Source: Chrysomallon squamiferum
Taxonomy: Eukaryota > Animalia > Mollusca
Direction of reading: 5' to 3'
DNA length: 64,000 nucleotides
Assembly: GCA_012295275.1 (NCBI GenBank)
Contig: CM022676.1
Coordinates: 4,340,001 to 4,404,000 of the forward strand
Under the pieces are notes generated by a model. It saw only the letters and a program-made list of their open reading frames with translations. It searched no databases and was not told the DNA's origin. Positions 1 to 15,810 of this stretch are shown here, piece by piece (the first letter of the stretch is position 1; each line of letters starts with the position of its first letter). A program made the position numbers and the translations under genes.

Positions 1-461
1 GATTCCTTCTTTCTTTCTCTATTTCTTTTTATTTTATTTTCTATTCTTTATTTATTTATTCATTCATTCAGTTGATCGTTCGTTTATTTATTCATACCTT
101 CATACTAGTGTATGTTTGTTCTTTGTATGTTTATTTATTTTATTATGTATTTTAATTACACTTACGCACGGATAAAAGTGGAGATAAATCAAGACTACCT
201 TACAAAACTACATTACACAGAGTGATCAAACCTGTTTTCTTGACTACCTGTCTAGTTCAGCCACCTGATAAATACTAATTCCATTTATTTTTCTCATACA
301 GCTTTACTAAATAGTTATTTTATGTTAAAATTGTGTTTGTGTGTTTATATATCTATCTATTTATATATATATATATGTACATACACACACGTCAGCACGA
401 TTATTGTTTTCTCCACACCTCACAAGTTTTATACAAATGAAAATTTCATTCCATGTTTCAG

Positions 462-508
462 ATAATCCGACTGCGCCAGCGGCTGCACCACAACATACAG
501 ACTTGTGA
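462..508 (+). CDS. Terminal cytoplasmic exon of IgSF receptor paralog G1 (DNPTAPAAAPQHTDL*); upstream exons lie outside the window
   Basis: tttcag acceptor at 460-461, phase 1, TGA at 506-508. Homologous to the 47-nt terminal exons at 28779, 50178 and 60779(-). Bases 1-300 match the post-TM intron at 44130-44440. Confidence 0.7.
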
Positions 509-2330
509 TAAAGTTTGAAAATAAATGAAATTGTTGTTCGTGAATGACAAAGAAGAAAACAAGTTTTATTTGTTAATCATGTACTTCTTAAAACTGTTTT
601 ATGAATACTAACAGGATATTAATTTGTTAAAAGTTTTTTTTACTAATATACAAGGCCTTCAGTTTCCTCAATGACACAAAATTTGAATACTGTAAATAGC
701 TACCTGTTATAAATATTTTAATCAGTTGCTAATCCCGAATTTTTAATCATTCATTACCATTGTCTGAGATGTGACTCTAACTATGTGAAAACTTCGTGGG
801 ATTTATGACTTAAAATCAATCTATTTACACACGTATACATTAACAAAAAAGAAACATTTGATCAATCTTGGTAACACTGGTGTCATTCATACATCTTTCC
901 GCTTTTAATTTTTTATATTTCCTCAGATGTAAGATTCTTGACGTCATGAAAGTCTTTATTTTCTTGTATAACAGTAATATGAAAAATGAAATTCCTGGGC
1001 GACAATGGCAGAATAAATCTATATTTACAGGTTGTTTTTATACTAACAAGAGTGTTCTTTCCACGGTTTCGTAAACTTTATCTGTCAAAGCTGTTCTCTT
1101 TTTTTGTGATACTTGTGAGTTTTTCATATTTTTATTCTCTATTTACTTTGAGTGAAGCATAATTCTACATGATGATTTTGTAAAATTTGGACGAGGGTTT
1201 GAGCGTGCCAATCGATTTTGTTTGATTTTTGTTGTTTGTTTGTTTTTTATATTGAAATATACGGCTTAGATTGGATTTAAAATGCTTTTGTTTTTTCAAA
1301 CAATGTTTCAGTATGTGCATGTTTCCTGTTAAGTGTCTTTCTCTATACTGTTAGATTTTTGGGGGAATTGTTGCTTATGTAAAAAAAAAACGAAATGATA
1401 GAAAATCGGTTAAAAGAACTATGGTTAAGCAGTTAGAACTGGAAAAAGGACAAGGGACATAATGAAGGGAACTGATTTAAGTACTAAACTATATCTAACC
1501 AAGCTATTCCCTTTTTGGTGATACTTGTGAGTTTTTCATATTTTTATTCTCCATTTACATTGAGTGAAGCATAATTCTATATGAGGATTTTGTAAACGTT
1601 TGACGAAGGTTCGAGCGTACCAATCGATTTTGTTTGATTTTTGTTGTTTGTTTTGTTTTTTATATTGAATTAAACGGCTTGGATTAGATTTAAAAAGCTT
1701 TTGTTTTTTCAAACAATGTTTCTGTGTGTGCATATTTCCTTTTAAAGAGGACAAGGGACGTAATGAAGTGAACTGATGTAACTACTAAACTAGTGTGTAC
1801 TATTTTTCTGCTCATTATGTTATTTTCTTTATCATATTACCAGATTTGTTTATGTGTTCGCGATAACAAAGATTTTTCGTTGACATAATAAATACATTTT
1901 CCTGTTCTCTGCTGTATTTTATTGTTTCCCTTCGTGCACAATAAGCAAACTAATGTTTTTCTTTGTCTTTCAAATGTGTTCGTCTCTTTGTGTGTCTTTG
2001 TTTCTAACAAGCTTTCTCCATCGATTTTTGAAATTCAACCGTTCTGATTTTACACACCTCTCTTTTCTTTTCTTTTATTCTATATTTATCTGTTACTCTG
2101 TCTGATTGCTCTTTCTTTCTTTACTTCACTGTATCCACACATCCATCTATCTGTCTACCCAATCACTGTCTCTGAATATATATTATTACATATGAAAGAA
2201 CGTATGTCTAACGAAACGACAGAACATGGGTTAAACGTATTGTGGGCAAGCAGTTACAAGAGGAAAACAGACAAGGGACATAATTAAGGGAAGTTATGTA
2301 ACTACCAGACGTATGTGTGTTTGTGAGTGA

Positions 2331-2386
<56 letters not shown>

Positions 2387-2421
2387 GTATACACAAACAT
2401 AGGTATAGTATACATACACAC

Positions 2422-2458
2422 CAAACTGCCAAGAAAATACTTGATTTGACTGTACATT
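2422..2458 (+). pseudogene. 3' remnant of a type-B Ig exon (QTAKKILDLTVH) with donor; 5' part replaced by repeat
   Basis: Matches 43681-43717 (QTAKETLHLTVH|gtaagt) and is followed by the same downstream intron. Confidence 0.7.
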
Positions 2459-2936
2459 GTAAGTAAGAAACTAATTATAGTAAAAATAGAAATGATAAAA
2501 TGAACAAATAACATAGTATTTGTTTGAGGTGTATCCTTAAAATATCAGACAATCAATTATAAACGTTTACGTGCGAATATGCAGTTAAAAGACAGGTTGA
2601 GCATAGACTGAGTCCGTCAACGTATTAGGTCACGTAGAGAATCTGCGATACAGGTCACATACGTAACATCAATAACAATAACAATAACAACAATAACGAT
2701 AATAATAATAATAGTAATAATAACAATAATAGCAGCAATAACAACAATCAAAAATGGCAACAGTATCAGAAGCTACATCAGTAATAATCATGATGACGAA
2801 GTCCACGATGTTGATAATGATGGTGATGATTATGATCATGACCATCATGTTGATAAAATAGAAACAAACAAATACCATTGATGTATTTATTTATTAAATG
2901 TTATTATTATCATTATTTTTATTATTATTGTTATTA

Positions 2937-2968
<32 letters not shown>

Positions 2969-3043
2969 TTATTATTATTATTATTGTTATTGTTGTTATT
3001 ATTGTTACTATTATTATTATAATTTAAAAAAAAAAATTCACAG

Positions 3044-3304
3044 ACGGTCCCGGTAGTTCACTTCGAGTCAATTCTTCATCTGACATCACAGTACAGGAAG
3101 GAAGTGACGTCACAATATCATGCAAAGCCGATTGTTTTATCAAATGCCTTTACAGATGGGAACTGACCAATCAGATTGTCAGTAACAACGGACTACTGGC
3201 ACTGACTAATATCACGAGATTTCAAGATGGCGTCTACACATGCATTGCTTCTAATCCGGATACGAACCAAACATCGCATAGCAAAATTATTATTAACGTT
3301 ACGT
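3044..3304 (+). CDS. C2/I-set-like Ig exon type A (DGPGSSLRVNSSSDITVQEGSDVTISCKADCFIKCLYRW...DGVYTCIASNP...IIINVT), within a probably non-functional fragment G1b
   Basis: cag acceptor, gtgagt donor, 261 nt open, phase 1-1; Ig core C...W...GxYxC. Confidence 0.8.
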
Positions 3305-3372
3305 GTGAGTTTTAATTCATTTTATTTTGAGTTTAGTTTTGAATACAGATCATAAAATAGTTATAGAAAAAC

Positions 3373-3489
<117 letters not shown>

Positions 3490-3541
3490 GATGGATAATA
3501 AATGACAGAGAAATATTAAAGTGTACTTTTTTTGACTCCAT

Positions 3542-3832
3542 ACCAACCGTCCATTATGACGAAAGTGATCATTGAACATTTTACTAACAAGGCAAGGGAG
3601 AATGAACTAAATGCTACGTTTGTATGTAACGTTGATAGTAATCCGAAGTCGGCCATCAAAATACTGAAAGGGAGACAACTGCTGCACCAAGTTCAGAACG
3701 TCACGACATTGGAATACAGTTGGATAGTGACATCTTGTTCAGACTGGGAAGGATTTTATTGTGAGGCCGAAAACAAAGTGAAAACAAAGTGAAAACAGAA
3801 GTCAGAAAATCTTTGGAATCGTTTCTTTCTAT
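3542..3832 (+). pseudogene. Disrupted Ig exon type C (...ATFVCNVDSNPKSAIKIL...SCSDWEGFYCEAEN)
   Basis: Homologous to 47245-47523, but the acceptor is CAT instead of CAG and an 11-nt duplication (aaagtgaaaac) creates TGA at 3790-3792. Confidence 0.8.
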
Positions 3833-3842
3833 GTACGTTATC

Positions 3843-4042
3843 NNNNNNNNNNNNNNNNNNNNNNNNNNNNNNNNNNNNNNNNNNNNNNNNNNNNNNNNNN
3901 NNNNNNNNNNNNNNNNNNNNNNNNNNNNNNNNNNNNNNNNNNNNNNNNNNNNNNNNNNNNNNNNNNNNNNNNNNNNNNNNNNNNNNNNNNNNNNNNNNNN
4001 NNNNNNNNNNNNNNNNNNNNNNNNNNNNNNNNNNNNNNNNNN
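3843..4042. other. Assembly gap (200 N)
   Basis: N run. Confidence 1.
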
Positions 4043-6276
4043 ATTAATTTTATTTTTGTTAATTATTTTTTTATTTTATTATTGATGAGCACGTGTATTT
4101 ATGTACGTTGATACGTATGTTTGAAGGTATTTTACCTTACAGGTGTAAGCATTTCCATATTTGCATATGTGTGTATATATGTGTCTTTACATATATATGG
4201 ATATATACACAAATATATACATATACACACACACATATATATGTATGTATGTATATTCATATATGCATGTATATAATATTTATGAGCGTAGGCAGATAGG
4301 TGATATATGTGTGTATGTCAATATTCGGGTATCAACGTGTGATTGTATATGTGTCTGTATGGGTGCGTGTAAGTAAGTGTGCGTGTGCATTTCTGATAAT
4401 TAGAAATCTTTGCTGTAGAGATAAAGGGCGGCCATTGTCGCGTGACCTAGGCAACATGGATGTTTGCCAAGTTTTGTTTCTTACGTCATGACATGACTTG
4501 GTCTGTTTTACTCTGGTATGTTGTAACTCTACCACTCTGTTCAAAACCAGTGATGGATGGAAAAAGTCGACCACAAATTAATCTCAAAACAGATGATATT
4601 CTTTATTTTGTCACGCCATAGTGTCACCTACTCTTTCTATTGTGTTCGGTTTATACTGAAATATGTGTATGTGTGTGTGTGTGTGTGTGTGCGTTTCTGT
4701 ATGTTAATATTGTTGTTGTTTTTGCTATTATTATTATGCTTGCTTTATTGGATATTTCTATAACGTGTTACATTATGTTACGTTACGTTACGCTGAGTAG
4801 TGCACTGTCATATTGTGATTATGTACGTATGTAGGTATCTCTGTGTGTGTGTGTATATACATATGTATGTATACTATACCTATGTATGTGTCTACGTATA
4901 TATATATATACATATATACATACACTCACACACACAAATACGTTTAGTTGTTACATAACTTCCCTTTATTATGTCCCTTGTCTGTTTTCCTGTTCTAACT
5001 CCTTGCTCACAATACGTTTAACCCATGTCCTGTCATTTCGTTAGACATACGTTGTTACATACGTAGTTATATATTCAAAGAGAGTGATTGGGTAGACAGA
5101 TGGATGGATGTGTTGATACAGTGAAGTAAAGAAAGAAAGAACAATCAGACAGAGTAACAGGTAAATAGAGAATAACAGAAAAGAAAACAGAGCTGTGTAA
5201 AATCAGAATGGCTGAAGTACAAAAATCGATGGAGAAAGCTTGTTATAAACAAAGACTCGCAAACAGACGAACACATTTGAAAGACAAAGAGAAACATTAG
5301 TTTACTTACTGTGTACGAAGAGAAAGAATAAAATATAGCAGAGAACTGGAAAATGTATTTATTATGTCAACGAAAAAACTATTTGTGATCACGAACACCG
5401 ATAAAGACCTGATCATATATTATTAAGAATGATAAGATAATGAGCAGAGGAATAGTACACACTGGTTTAGTTCTTACATCAGTTCCCTTCATTACGTCCC
5501 TTGTCCTATTCCCCATTCTAACTGCTTGATCACAATTCCTTTAACCCAGTTTCTCTCATTTCAGTCTTTGTTACATAAGCAACAATTCCCAATAAAATGT
5601 AACAGTACAGAGAAAGACACTTAACAGGAAACATGCAGACGCAGAAACAACGTTTAAAAAAAAAAAAAAAAAAAAAAAAATCTAGTCCAAGCCGTTTGTT
5701 ACAATATATATATAAAAAAAAAAAAAAAATCGATTTGTACTCCCGAACCCTCGTCTAACTTTCACAAAATCATCACATAGAATTATCCTTTACTCAATGT
5801 AAATAGAGAATAAACATATGAATAACTCACAAGTATCACAAAAAAAGGTAACAGCTTGAATAGACATGGTTTTACTACGTATATATAACTAAATCCACTC
5901 GACTGAATCAGAAAAATACATAATGCATTCTGAGATATAACATACAGCGTTGTATTTTGAATAGTTAATTCTGCTAAGAGTGTTATTTCTTCTTCTTCGA
6001 TTTCTTTTCATTTTAAAATAGTTTGTTTATATATTTATTATTATTATTTGATTACTTATTTTCTACTCTTGTCCGAGTGTATTTATATACCTTTATAAGT
6101 ATGTGTGAAGATATTTTACCATAAAGTAGTATGTATTTCCATATTTGCATTTATACACATATATATATAGACATGTAGTTAAGTATATATGTATGTATAT
6201 ATCTCTCTCTATATATATATGTATGTATGTATGAAGACACATATACATATACATATATATATATATATATAATGTT

Positions 6277-6315
<39 letters not shown>

Positions 6316-6355
6316 GTAGGTAGGTGGTATATGTTCGGATAACAAAGTTTCCTTT

Positions 6356-6404
<49 letters not shown>

Positions 6405-7405
6405 AAGTAAGTAAGTGTGCATGTGCATTTTTAATCAACAGAAATCTTTGCTGCATAGAAAAAGGGCGGCCATTTTGAATTGTGGCGTGACCTACGCAAC
6501 ATCTTTGCCAAGTTTTGTTTCTTACGTCATGACATCACGTGGTCAGTGTTATTGTTGTATGTTCTGACCCTACCACTCTGTTTAAAACCAGTGATGCATG
6601 AAAAAATACGAACTAACGATATAACCTAAAGCACATGATACTCTTTCTGTCAAGTCATTGAGTAGCATATTCTTTCTATTGTGTGTGTTTCTCTGTGTGT
6701 GTGTGTGTAGGTGTGTGTGTGTGTATATACATATATCTGTTTGTGGGTAGGTATACTATACCTATGTATGTGCATGTTTGAGTATCAGTGTATGCTATAT
6801 ATATATATACATGTGTGTGTATGTGTGTTTACGTATATATATATGTGTGTGTCTGTGTATATCTCTGTGTTTACATATATATACATATATACACAGATAT
6901 ACTTGCACACACACATATATTTAATGTTAAAATATATATATATATATATATAGAGGGAGAGAGAGAGATATACATATATATATAGCATGTACATATGTTG
7001 TATGTAATATTTATGAGCGTAGGCAGGTAGGTGGTATATGTGCATGTTCGGGTATCAGTGTATGCTTGTATATGTGTATACATACATACGTATATATATG
7101 TGTGTGTCTGTGTGTAAGTAAGTGTGCGTGTGCGTTTTTTCTAATTAGAAATCGTTGCTGGATAAATAAAGGGCGGCCATTTTGAATTGTGGCGTAACCT
7201 AGGCAACATGGATGTTTGCCAAGGTTTGTTTCTTACTTTATGAGAAGACTTCGTCAGTTTTATTTCGGTATGTTGGGACTCTACCACTCTGTTTAAAACC
7301 AGTCATGGGTGCAAAAAGTCGAACAAAAGATTTAATGCAAAACACATGATACTCTTTCTGTCAAGTCATTGAGTAGCATACTCTTTCATTTGTGTGTGTG
7401 TTTCT

Positions 7406-7455
<50 letters not shown>

Positions 7456-8108
7456 CTGTTTTTGGGTAGGTATACTATACCTACGTATGTGCATACCTAG
7501 ATATATACGTTCTTATATACGGAATTATATACTCAGAGACAATGATTGGGTAGAAAGATGGATGGATGTGTGCATACAGTGAAGTAAAGAAAGAAAGAAC
7601 AATCAGACAGAGTAACAGATAAATATAGAATAATAGAAAAGAAAAGAGAGGTGTGTACAATCAGAATGGTGGAAATACAAAAATCGATGGAGAAACCTTT
7701 TTATAAACAAAGACACACAAAGAGAAAAACACATTTGAAAGACAAAGAGAAACAATACTTTGTTATTGTGTACGAAGGGAAAGAGTAAAATATAGCAGAG
7801 AACTGGAAAATGTATTTATTATGTCAACAAAAAATATCTTTGTGATCACGAACACAGAAACAAACCAGCTATATGATCAAGAAAGACAGCATAATGAGCA
7901 GAAAAATAGTACACACTAGTTTAGTAGTTACATCAGTTCCCTTCATTACGTCCCTTGTCCTGTTTCCCGTTCTAAATGCTTGCTCACAGTTCCTTTAACC
8001 CATTTTCTATCATTTCGGTATTTGTTACATAAGCAAAAATTCCCCATAAAATCTAACAGTACACAGAAAGACATTTAACAGGAAACATGCAGACGCAGAA
8101 ACATAGTT

Positions 8109-8143
<35 letters not shown>

Positions 8144-11100
8144 AGTCCAAGCCGATTATTACAATATCAAAAAAAAAAAAAAGGAAAAAAAATGATTCGT
8201 ACTCCCGAAACCTCGACAAACTTTTACAAAATCATCAAATAGAATTTTACTTCACTCAATGTAAATAGACAATAAAAATATGAATAGCTCACGAGTATCA
8301 CAAAAAAAGAGAACAGCTTGGATAGATATGGTTTACCAAGCCGTGGAAAGAAAACTTGTTAGTATAAAAAAAATCTGACATTGTCAGCCAGGAATTTCAT
8401 TTCTCATGTTACTGTTATACAAGAAAATAAAGACTTCCATGACGTCAAGGATTTTACATAGGAAGGAAATATAAAAAATTAAAAGATGAAACATGCGAAT
8501 GATACCAGTGTTACTGAGACCCATCAAATGTTTTGTTTTTGTTTATGTATATGTGTGTAAATATTTTAGTTTTACGTCATAAATCTCCCGAAGTTTTCTC
8601 ATAGTTAGAGTCACAATTCACAAAATGGTAATGAATGGTAATATATAATTCTGTTCTGTGTTCTGCATTTAATTGTATCAGACTATTCCATAATTTATTA
8701 CATGTATTATTCAAGGTAAACGGCAGGTAATTAGTAAACGCGCTCAACCGTGTCTTCTGTTGTTTATGCTAGACTATTCTATATGAGAAGCCTGTCATTT
8801 GGGACGAATATAAAATACATACCTTGTACGTAAATTACACATCCCAGCAACACGAACACACAGAATATCTTACAACTCATTTCCAGTGTTTTAGTTTTAA
8901 CTGCCGTTAACAAAAATATAGTTACTTTCTTTTCTTGGCTCCGTTCTCGATTTTACTGGTCTAAATGTAAAAGCAGTTTTCGACGCCTTCTTTTTGTACT
9001 TTATTCTGGTAACTTATGACGTTTACTTCCTGTGTCAGACAAAACGTGACCAAAAGTCTCAGTGGCTCTGCATATTTATTAATAAACTAAATCCACTCGA
9101 TTGAATCAGAAAAAATACCTAATGCAGCCTGAGATATAACATACAGAGTAATATTTTTTATATTTTCTTTGCTGCATAGATAAAGGGCGGCCATTTTGAA
9201 TTGTGTCGTAACCTAGGCAACATGGATGTTTGCCAAGGTTTGTTTCTTACTTTATGACAAGACCTGGTCAGTTTTATTTTGGTATGTTGTAACTCTACCA
9301 CTCTGTTTAAAACCAGCCATGGATGGAAAAAGTCGAACAAAAGAATTAACGCTAAACACATGATACTGTTTCTGTCAAGTCATTGAGTAGCATACTCTTT
9401 CTATTGTGTTCGGTTTATACTCCAATATGTGTGTGTGTGTGTATGTCTGTGTGTAGGGGTGTGTAGGTGTGTGTGTGTGTATGTGTGTTGGTGTGTGTGT
9501 GTAGGTGTGTGTGTGTTATTATTGTTGTGGTTTTGTTATATGCTTTTGTATGTATGTTTGTATATGTGTTTCCATATATACATTCATACATATATACATA
9601 CATACATACATATATATATATATATGTATGTATATATAAATATATGTATGTATGTATGTACGTGTGAATGTAATAATGAAATGACACACACACACACACA
9701 TATATATGTATATATACGTGTAGGTAGGTGGTATATGTTCGGATAACAAACTTTCCTTTTATATGTGTGTGTGTGTGTGCATGTAAGTAAGTGTGCATGG
9801 GCATTTTTAATCAACAGAAATCTTTGCTGCGTAGAAAAAGGGCGGCCATTTTGAATTGTGGCGTGACCTACGCAACTTCTTTGTCACGTTTTCTTTCTTA
9901 CGTCATGACATCACGTGGTCAGTGTTATTGTTGTATGTTCTGACCCTACCACTCTGTTTAAAACCAGTGATGCATGAAAAAAGACGAACTAACGATATAA
10001 CCTAAAGCACATGACAATCTTTCTGTGAAGTCATTGAGTAGGATACTCTTTCTATTTTGTGTGTTTTTCTGTGTGTGTGTGTGTGTGTGCGTGTGTGTAT
10101 ATATATATATGTATGTGCATGTTTGGGTATCAGTGTATGCTATATATGTATACATGTGTGTGTATCTCTGTGTTTATATACATATACATATATACACAAA
10201 CATACTTGCACACACACATATATTTAATGTTAAAATATATATATAGATATAGATATATATAGCATGTACATATGTTGTATGTATATAATATTTATGAGCG
10301 TAGGCAGGTAGGTGGTATATGTGCATGTTCGGGTATCACTGTATACTTGTATATGTGTATACATACATACCTATATATATGTGTGTGTGTGTATGTGTGT
10401 GTCTGTGAGTAAGTAAGTGGGTGTACATTTTTTGTAATTAGAAATCTTTGCTGCATAGATAAAGGGCGGCCATTTTGAATTGTGGCGTAACCTAGGCAAC
10501 ATGGATGTTTGCCAAGGTTTGTTTCTTACTTTATGACAAGACTTGGTCAGTTTTATTTTGGTATGTTGTAACTCTACCACTCTGTTCAAAACCAGCCATG
10601 GATGGAAAAAGTCGAACAAAAGATTTAACGCAAAACACATGATACTCTTTCTGTCAAGTCATTGAGTAGCATACTCTTTGTATTGTGTTCGATTTATACT
10701 GAAATATGTGTGTGTGTGTGTGTGTGTGTATGTGTGTAGGTGTGTGTAGGTGTGTGTGTGTATGTGTGTATGTGTGTGTGTGTGTGTAGCTGTGTGTGTG
10801 TTCTTATTGTTGTGGCTTTGTTATTATTATTATGCTTGCTTTGTTACATATTGTTATATTGTATTACATTCTGTTACACGTCGTTACGTTACGTTGTGTC
10901 GTGTACTGTCATATTACTATATATTATGCACGTACGAATGTATGGGTGTCTGTGTGTTTGTGTGTGTATATATATATATCTGTGTGTATGTATAATATAC
11001 CTATGTGTCTGTATACGTATCTATCTACCTATATATAATTATCTCCCTTGACTGTTTTCCAGTTCTAACCCTTTAACCAAAATTCGGTTATCCGATCTTC

Positions 11101-11379
11101 TGTCATTTCGTTAACATACGTTCTTTTATTTACTTTTCTTTTTTTTCTACTTTTTATTCATGATCGAGTGTATTTATGTACGTTTATAAGTATGTGTGAA
11201 GATATTTTACAATACGGGTGTATGTATTTCGATATTTGCATTGATACACATATATATAGACATGTAGTTAAGTATATATGTATGTATAGATCTGTATATA
11301 TGTATATGTATATGTATGTATATATAAATAGATGTATGTATGTATGTACGTGTGAATGTATGTATGAAAATACATATAC

Positions 11380-11460
<81 letters not shown>

Positions 11461-11829
11461 TGTAGGTAGGTGGTATATGTTCGGATAACAAAGTGTCCTT
11501 CTATATGTGGGTGTGTGTGCGTGTGTGTCTGTGTGTGTGCATGTAAGTAAGTGTGTATGTGCATTTTTAATCAACAGAAATCTTTGCTGCATAGAAAAAG
11601 GGAGGCCATTTTGAATTGTGGCGTGACCTATACAACATCTTTGCCAAGTTTTTTCTTACGTCATGACATCACGTGGTCAGTGTTATTGTTGTATGTTCTG
11701 ACCCTACCACTCTCTTTAAAACAAGTGATGGATGAAAAAAGACGAACTAACGATATAACCTAAAGCACAAGACACTCTTTCTGTGAAGTCATTGAGTAGC
11801 ATACTCTTTCTATTGTGTGTGTTTTTCTG

Positions 11830-11908
<79 letters not shown>

Positions 11909-12023
11909 CTGTTTGTGGGTAGGTATACTATACCTATGTATGTGCATGTTTGGGTATCAGTGTATGCTTTATATATATACATGTGTGTGTATGTGTCTGT
12001 TTACATATATATATATATATGTC

Positions 12024-12054
<31 letters not shown>

Positions 12055-15000
12055 CTGTTTTGGGGTAGGTATACTATACCTACGTATGTGCATACCTAGA
12101 TATATACGTTCTTATATACGGAATTATATACTCAGAGACAATGATTGGGTAGAAAGATGGATGGATGTGTGCATACAGTGAAGTAAAGAAAGAAAGAACA
12201 ATCAGACAGAGTAACAGATAAATAGAGAATAACAGAAAAGAAAAGAGAGGTGTGTACAATCAGAATGGTGGAAATACAAAAATCGATGGAGAAACCTTTT
12301 TATAAACAAAGACACACAAAGAGAAAAACACATTTGAAAGACAAAGAGAAACAATACTTTGTTATTGTGTACGAAGGGAAAGAGTAAAATATAGCAGAGA
12401 ACTGGAAAATGTATTTATTATGACAACGAAAAATATATTTGTGATCACGAACACAGAAACAAACCAGCTATATGATAAAGAAAGACAGCATAATGAGCAG
12501 AAAAATAGTACACACAAGTTTAGTAGTTACATCAGTTCCCTTCATTACGTCCCTTGTCCTGTTTCCCGTTCTAAATGCTTGCTCACAGTTCCTTTAGCCC
12601 ATTTTCTCTCATTTCGGTCTTTGTTACATAAGCAAAAATTCCCCATAAAATCTAACAGTACAGAGAAAGACATTTAACAGGAAACATGCAGACGCAGAAA
12701 CATAGTTCAAAAAAAAAAAAAAAAATTAAATCTAGTCCAAGCCGATTATTACAATATCAAAAAAAGAAAAAGAAAAAAAAAGATTCGTACTCCCGAAACC
12801 TCGACAAACTTTTACAAAATCATCAAATAGAATTTTACTTCACTCAATGTAAATAGACAATAAAAATATGAATAGCTCACGAGTATCACAAAAAAAGAGA
12901 ACAGCTTGGATAGATATGGTTTAACAAGCCGTGGAAAAAAACTTGTTAGTATAAAGAAAATCTGACATTGTCAGCCAGGAATTTCATTTCTCATGTTACT
13001 GTTCTACAAGAAAATAAAGACTTTCATGGCGTCAAGGATCTTACATCTGAGGAAATATAAAAAATTAAAAGATGAAACATGCGAATGATACCAGTGTTAC
13101 TGAGACCCATCAAATGTTTCTTTTTGTTTGTGTATACGTGTGTAAATATTTAAGTTTTACGTCATAAATCTCCCGAAGTTTTCTCATAGTTAGAGTCACA
13201 ATTCACAAAATGGTAATGAATGGTAATATATAATTCTGTTCTGTGTTCTGCATTTAATTGTATCAGACTATTCCATAATTTATTACATGTATTATTCAAG
13301 GTAAACGGCAGGTAATTAGTAAACGCGCTCAACCGTGTCTTCTGTTGTTTATGCTAGACTATTCTATACGAGAAGCCTGTCATTTGTGACGAATATAAAA
13401 TACATACCTTGTACGTAAATTACACATCCCAGTAACACGAACACACAGAATATCTTACAAGTCATTTCCAGTGTTTTAGTTTTAACTGCCGTTAATTATA
13501 ATATAGTTACATTCTTTTCTTGACTGCTTTCTCGATTTTACTGCTCTCAAGGTAAAAGCTGTTTTCGACGCGTTCTTGTTCTACTTTATTCTGGTAGCTT
13601 ATGACGTTTACTTCCTGTGTCAGACAAAACGTGACCAAAAGTCTCATTGGCTCTGCATATTTATTAATAAACTAAATCCACTCGATTGAATCAGAAAAAA
13701 TACCTAATGCAGCCTGAGATATAACATACAGAGTTGTATTTTGAATAGTTAATTCTTCTTAGTAGGTTATTTCTTCTTCTTCGTTTTCTTTTTATTTTAT
13801 TTTATTTTATTTTTTTGTATTTCTTTATATTTTTGTTTTAGTTTATTTAACTTTTTTTTGTATTTACGTACATTTAAAAGTATGTGTGAAGGTATTTTAC
13901 CTTACAGGTGTATGTATTTAGGTATTTGCATTTATACATATATGTAAATATACATGTTGTTAAGTACGTATATATGTATGTATATATCTGTATATGTATA
14001 TATGTATGAATGTGTGTATATGTGTGTGTTTACATATATATATATGTGTGTGTGTGTATGTCTGTGTTTACATATATATACATATATACACAAAGAAACT
14101 TGCACACACACACACACATATTTAATGTTAAAATATATATTTATATATATATATATACAGATATATATTGCATGGTACATTTGTTGTACGTATATAATAT
14201 TTATGAGCGTAGGCAGGTAGGTGGTATATGTGCATGTTCGGGTATCAGTGTATGCTTGTATATGTGTATACATACATACCTATATATATGTGTGTGTGTA
14301 TGTGTGTGTGTGTGTAAGTAAGTGTGCGTAGAAAAAGAGCGGTCATTTTGAATTGTGGCGTGACCTACGCAACATCTTTGCCAAGATTTCTTTCTTACGT
14401 CATGACATCACGTGGTCAGTGTTATTGTTGTATGTTCTGACCCTACCACTCTGTTTTAAAACCAGTGATGCATGAAAAAAGACGAACTAACGATATAACC
14501 TAAAGCACATGACAATCTTTCTGTGAAGTCATTGAGTAGCATATTTTTTCTATTGTGTGTGTTTTTCTTTGTGTGCGTGTGTGTGTGTGTGTGTGTGTCT
14601 ATATATATCTGTTTGTGGGTAGGTATACTATACCTATGTATGTGCATGTTTGGGTATCAGTGTATGCTATATATATACATGTGTGTGTAGGTGTCGGTTT
14701 CCATATATATGCGTGTGTGTTTGTGTGTGTGTGTGTGTGTGTAAGTAAGTAAGTGTGCGTGTGCATTTTTTGTAATTAGAAATCTTTGCTGCATAGATAA
14801 AGGGCGGCCATTTTGAATTGTGTCGTAACCTAGGCAACATGGATGTTTGCCAAGGTTTGTTTCTTACTTTATGACAAGACTTCGTCTGTTTTATTTTGGT
14901 ATGTTGTAACTCTACCACTCTGTTTAAAACCAGTCATGGATGGAAAAAGTCGAACAAAAGATTTAACGCAAAATACATAATAATCTTTCTGTCAAGTCAC

Positions 15001-15615
15001 TGAGTAGCATACTCTTTCTATTGTGTTCGGTTTATACTCCAATATGTGTGTGTGTGTATGTCTGTGTGTAGGGGTGTGTAGGTGTGTGTGTGTGTATGTG
15101 TGTTGGTGTGTGTGTGTAGGTGTGTGTGTGTTATTATTGTTGTGGTTTTGTTATTATTATTATGCTTGCTTTGTTACATATTTTTATATTGTATTACATT
15201 ATGTTACACGTCGTTACGTTACGTTATGTAGTGTACTGTCATATTATTATATATTATGTACGTATGAATGTATGTGTGTGTGTTTGTATATATATATATA
15301 TATCTGTATGTATGTATAATATACCTATGTATGTGTATACGTATCTATCTACCTATATATAATTATGTCCCTTGACTGTTTCCCTGTTCTAACTCCTTAC
15401 CCAAAATTCGGTTAACCGATCTTCTGTCATTTCGTTAGACATACGGTCTTTTATTTACTTTTCTTTTTTTTTTTTTTTTTATTCATGTCCGAGTGTATTT
15501 ATGTACGTTTATAAGTATGTGTGAAGATATTTTACAATACGGGTGTATATATTTCCATATTTACATTTATACACATATATATAGACATGTAGTTAAGTAT
15601 ATAGGTATGTATATA

Positions 15616-15686
<71 letters not shown>

Positions 15687-15752
15687 GTATGTATATATTA
15701 ATATATGTATGTATGTATGTACGTGTGAATGTATGTATGAAAACACATATAC

Positions 15753-15810
<58 letters not shown>

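Noticed and set aside
3044-3304. Assigning a vertebrate symbol such as CEACAM or hemicentin
   Set aside because: The resemblance is generic C2/I-set Ig similarity; orthology cannot be supported from the sequence.
8109-8140. Poly-A tracts suggesting retroposon tails
   Set aside because: They lie at fixed internal positions of the duplicated 3' flank, with no target-site duplications or Pol III boxes recognised.
10371-10640. Recurrent ORF '..[40 protein letters not shown]..' in the core module
   Set aside because: Recurrence follows from DNA identity. Starts and ends are inconsistent, subtype X is frameshifted, and no domain is recognisable.
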